A model generated the notes under the pieces. That model saw only the letters and a program-made list of their open reading frames with translations, searched no databases and was not told the DNA's origin. From Nitrososphaeria archaeon (GTDB lineage Archaea; Thermoproteota; Nitrososphaeria; JACIWG01): a stretch of 50,473 nucleotides of DNA. Positions within the stretch are counted from its first letter, which is position 1; each line of letters starts with the position of its first letter. The DNA is taken from positions 1-50,473 of the forward strand of contig CAVVXT010000009.1 in assembly GCA_963752255.1 (NCBI GenBank). The letters run 5' to 3'. This document shows positions 47,963 to 50,473 of the stretch, one piece after another. Made by a program: the position numbers and the translations under genes.

Positions 47963-48991
47963 TCAAACCATTTTTTTGTGCATCTCTTCAATCGACATAG
48001 GAGATGCTTCAAGTATCTTCATTAACGTCCCACTTAAATTCGAAAATTTCACATTTGATGGCCTATCTTTGGGTGCTTTAGAATAGGACACAGCGTACGA
48101 CGCAGCTTTCCTCATTGAATCGTGGGTTAGGTCTCCGAAGTACACGCAAAGTGGCCCTATGTTGTCCAATACTTCAAATAAAACATCATCTTCAGAAAGA
48201 TAGTTACGTATGGTTTCATTTTCTACTTGATGCCTGCAAACGATTATCTTATTCTTTTCGTCGATTCGGAAGTGTCTTCCAAAACGCAATAGAATCACGT
48301 CCTCTAACAAAAAATCTGGCTTGAACTTCTTTAGGTCCTTGAAACGTTTTCCAAAAGCCGGTTCAGTTAGAAGACAACCTCCAGCAGGAGCAGCATATGT
48401 TTCAACGTTCAATTCCCTAGCTAACTGGATCTGAGAAGTTCTTGTCTTCCCTTTGATCTCAAACAAATCCCCTTTGTCGATCAAGCCTTTCTTGCAGGCA
48501 ATGGTCTCCGGCAGAAGCTTGCCTGAGAGCGGCCTAACCACCATCCCCTCAACACCAGCTTCCCTATCTACTAATTCGAATTTTTCTCGGCTTTGAGAGA
48601 ACGGCCTCTGGCCCATTACCTCTCCTGTTGCAATGAAATCTGCACGTTCAGCCTCAAGAACACTCTTTGCACGTTTAAGCATCAGTATGCGGCAGTCTAT
48701 ACACGGATTAGCTGCGCTTCCAAAACCGTGCTTAGGAGAACGCAGCAACCCCAGATATTCGTTTCCGAGATATAGGTTTCTCGCGTTTAACCCCAATTTT
48801 TTGAGGTTTGTGACAACACTCGTGTAAGCGTCACCATTCAGGTCGTAGTTGCAGAACGGTGTGGTAAACGTAACAGGCACAACGTCAACCCCTATCGAAA
48901 GGAGAAAATAGAGTACAATGGAGCTGTCAAGCCCTCCAGAATACAACAGTATTGCCTTAGGCCTCTTTCCGACAGAATTCTGCGGAGTCAT
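47963..48991 (-). CDS. ThiI/MnmA-like PP-loop tRNA sulfurtransferase-like protein without THUMP, with a C-terminal DUF814/NFACT-R-like domain
   Basis: SGGLDS, NPCIDCR, TGEVMGQRPFSQ, RPLSG, PAGGCLLTE and GRHFR. Confidence 0.8.
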   Translation of the reverse strand: MTPQNSVGKRPKAILLYSGGLDSSIVLYFLLSIGVDVVPVTFTTPFCNYDLNGDAYTSVVTNLKKLGLNARNLYLGNEYLGLLRSPKHGFGSAANPCIDCRILMLKRAKSVLEAERADFIATGEVMGQRPFSQSREKFELVDREAGVEGMVVRPLSGKLLPETIACKKGLIDKGDLFEIKGKTRTSQIQLARELNVETYAAPAGGCLLTEPAFGKRFKDLKKFKPDFLLEDVILLRFGRHFRIDEKNKIIVCRHQVENETIRNYLSEDDVLFEVLDNIGPLCVYFGDLTHDSMRKAASYAVSYSKAPKDRPSNVKFSNLSGTLMKILEASPMSIEEMHKKMV

Positions 48992-49274
48992 CTACCATAA
49001 GGAGTGATTTTAGACCTCTGTTAAACTTTTCCCATTTCTCTTTAAAATTTGTTTAACACTATATTTCAACCAAATATATAATGCTTAACTGAGGGCTCAT
49101 AGATTCTCTTCTAATCTCATGGCAGGTGACTCTTTTCATGGATCTTCGAGGTTTTGGCTGAAACTATTAATCTTAGGAATGTGCTATGAAGCGGCAAATG
49201 TGTGTTGGCCACATTCTCAAACACCTTAAGGGTGAGAGGGTGACCCTGTAATTACATTAATAGAAAAAAGATGT

Positions 49275-49532
49275 CTATAGTTCATAGACTATGCCAGGTA
49301 TCTTGGGAAACGTCTGCACTTCACCTACGTGCTTGGCACCTACTGACCAACCTTTGACACCTATTCCGGCTCCTGCGGAAGGCTTTAACCTATTCTCTTT
49401 GGCAAGTTTCAGAAGTAGCTTGTAGTTCTCTTTCTTCACACCGTCTCTTTCAATCTTCTTTACAATCTTATCGTACTGCCATTCCCTTCTTGCACCGGAT
49501 ACTATTAGTATGTCGATGCCATCAATAACAGC
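49275..49532 (-). pseudogene. C-terminal remnant of archaeal asparagine synthetase A (AsnRS-catalytic-domain paralog)
   Basis: Hand translation gives 'SGARREWQYDKIVKKIERDG...LAKENRLKPSAGAGIGV...VGAKHVGEVQTFPKIPGIVYEL*'. There is no in-frame start, and the class II motif 3 (GIGVERL) is disrupted. Not in the ORF track. Confidence 0.75.
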
Positions 49533-49668
49533 CGATCATCGTTGACACAACTATAAACATGTAATTTACAATCTGTTTTAATAATTATGAATCGTAAATT
49601 GGATTGTAGATAAAAATCTATATATGACAACAATAATTCCTAGTGAACGGTAGCTTAAGGTGAGACGG

Positions 49669-50473
49669 TTGAAAATACTCCATTTGATTAGTGAAAAGCC
49701 ACCCGTAAAAAGTGGTTTCTCAAGGGCAATAAGCAGGCTTACCGAAGAGCTCATAAAGAATGGACACGACGTAACTATCGCTTCAACACAAGATTGTGGG
49801 TGTAAAATGATTGGTGAGATGAAATTTGTTACAAGTACAGGCAGTTTAGATAGTTACATAAAGGGCGATTATGATATTATAAATATCCATGGTCATACTC
49901 CAATGTTCTCCGATGTTCTGTTCCTAAAGTCAAGGGCATCAAATAAGAAAATTGTTTACACACTTCACTGTCTTGTAGACTATTATCTTAAACCTATAAG
50001 CTTGCTATATAACAGTCTTTCAAACAACATTATGCTGAAGTTTTCGGACGCGGTGGTAGTTACGTCTAGATCGTACTATGATATGGTGCGAAGTAATCAG
50101 AGAAAATATCTTATTCCGTGGGGAGTGGATTTTGACATGTTCTCCGGCAGTAGGAAGCAGCATCAAAATTATAGGATCCTGTTCGTGGGTCAGATGAGGC
50201 CGTACAAAGGTCTTAAAGTGCTTTTAGATTCTATGAGGAGTGTGGAGGGAGAACTAAACGTGATCGGTGACGGACCCGATAGGATAAACTACGAAAGTTA
50301 TGTAAAGAAACATGAGCTGAATAATGTCCACTTCTATGGTGCAGTATCAGATGAAGTACTTGGACAGATGTATCTCAGTAGTGATGTACTAGTACTGCCT
50401 AGTGTCAGTGTAAATGAGGCCTTCGGCCTTGTTACGCTTGAAGCAGCCGCTGCAGGATGTGCTGTGATCTATT
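49669..50473 (+). CDS. Glycosyltransferase family 4 (GT-B), partial, runs off the window end
   Basis: TTG start after AGGTGA. MKILHLISEKPPVKSG...L...GHDVT, IPWGVDF, LFVGQMRPYKG, IGDGP and LPS...EAFGLVTLEA (EX7E). Confidence 0.92.
   Translation, partial: MKILHLISEKPPVKSGFSRAISRLTEELIKNGHDVTIASTQDCGCKMIGEMKFVTSTGSLDSYIKGDYDIINIHGHTPMFSDVLFLKSRASNKKIVYTLHCLVDYYLKPISLLYNSLSNNIMLKFSDAVVVTSRSYYDMVRSNQRKYLIPWGVDFDMFSGSRKQHQNYRILFVGQMRPYKGLKVLLDSMRSVEGELNVIGDGPDRINYESYVKKHELNNVHFYGAVSDEVLGQMYLSSDVLVLPSVSVNEAFGLVTLEAAAAGCAVIY

Noticed and set aside
1-50473. CRISPR array, tRNA/rRNA genes, transposase or integrase
   Set aside because: No regularly spaced repeats, no intergenic tRNA-like T-arm or cloverleaf, and no recognisable recombinase ORF were seen by eye. 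A covariance-model search was not possible, so small RNAs could be missed.

Overview
Archaeal chromosomal DNA. The archaeal-type TyrRS, TATA-box promoters, a PEF-CTERM-like anchor and NosD-like surface proteins suggest a Thermoproteota/TACK organism such as Bathyarchaeia or a relative; this taxon call is inference. The main feature is a 12-gene minus-strand operon (35746-45325) with complex I/Fpo-like subunits in the order A-B-C-D-H-I-J1-J2-K-N-L-M. Its D subunit keeps all four [NiFe]-binding cysteines and no NADH or F420 input module is present, so it is a group 4 energy-converting hydrogenase. It converges on a HypA paralog that lacks the Ni-ligand His2. Other content includes several large surface proteins, two membrane-anchored proteins with basic cytoplasmic tails (one with an AT-hook, next to a 54-nt pure A/T tract) and a PiT/DUF47 pair. 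There is also a solitary ABC-type ATPase, nadA, a Zn alcohol dehydrogenase, a CocE/NonD hydrolase, alkD, tyrS, mgsA and an S53 protease. A C2/C3-acid cluster (glycerate kinase, glyoxylate reductase, two TIM-barrel isomerases), two glycosyltransferases, a ThiI-like protein and an asparagine synthetase A remnant complete the window. Many genes at the left end are broken by single-base indels, mostly in homopolymers, and two truncated genes collide at about 3810, which points to long-read errors or a chimeric join. I found no tRNA, rRNA, CRISPR array, transposase or integrase by eye.
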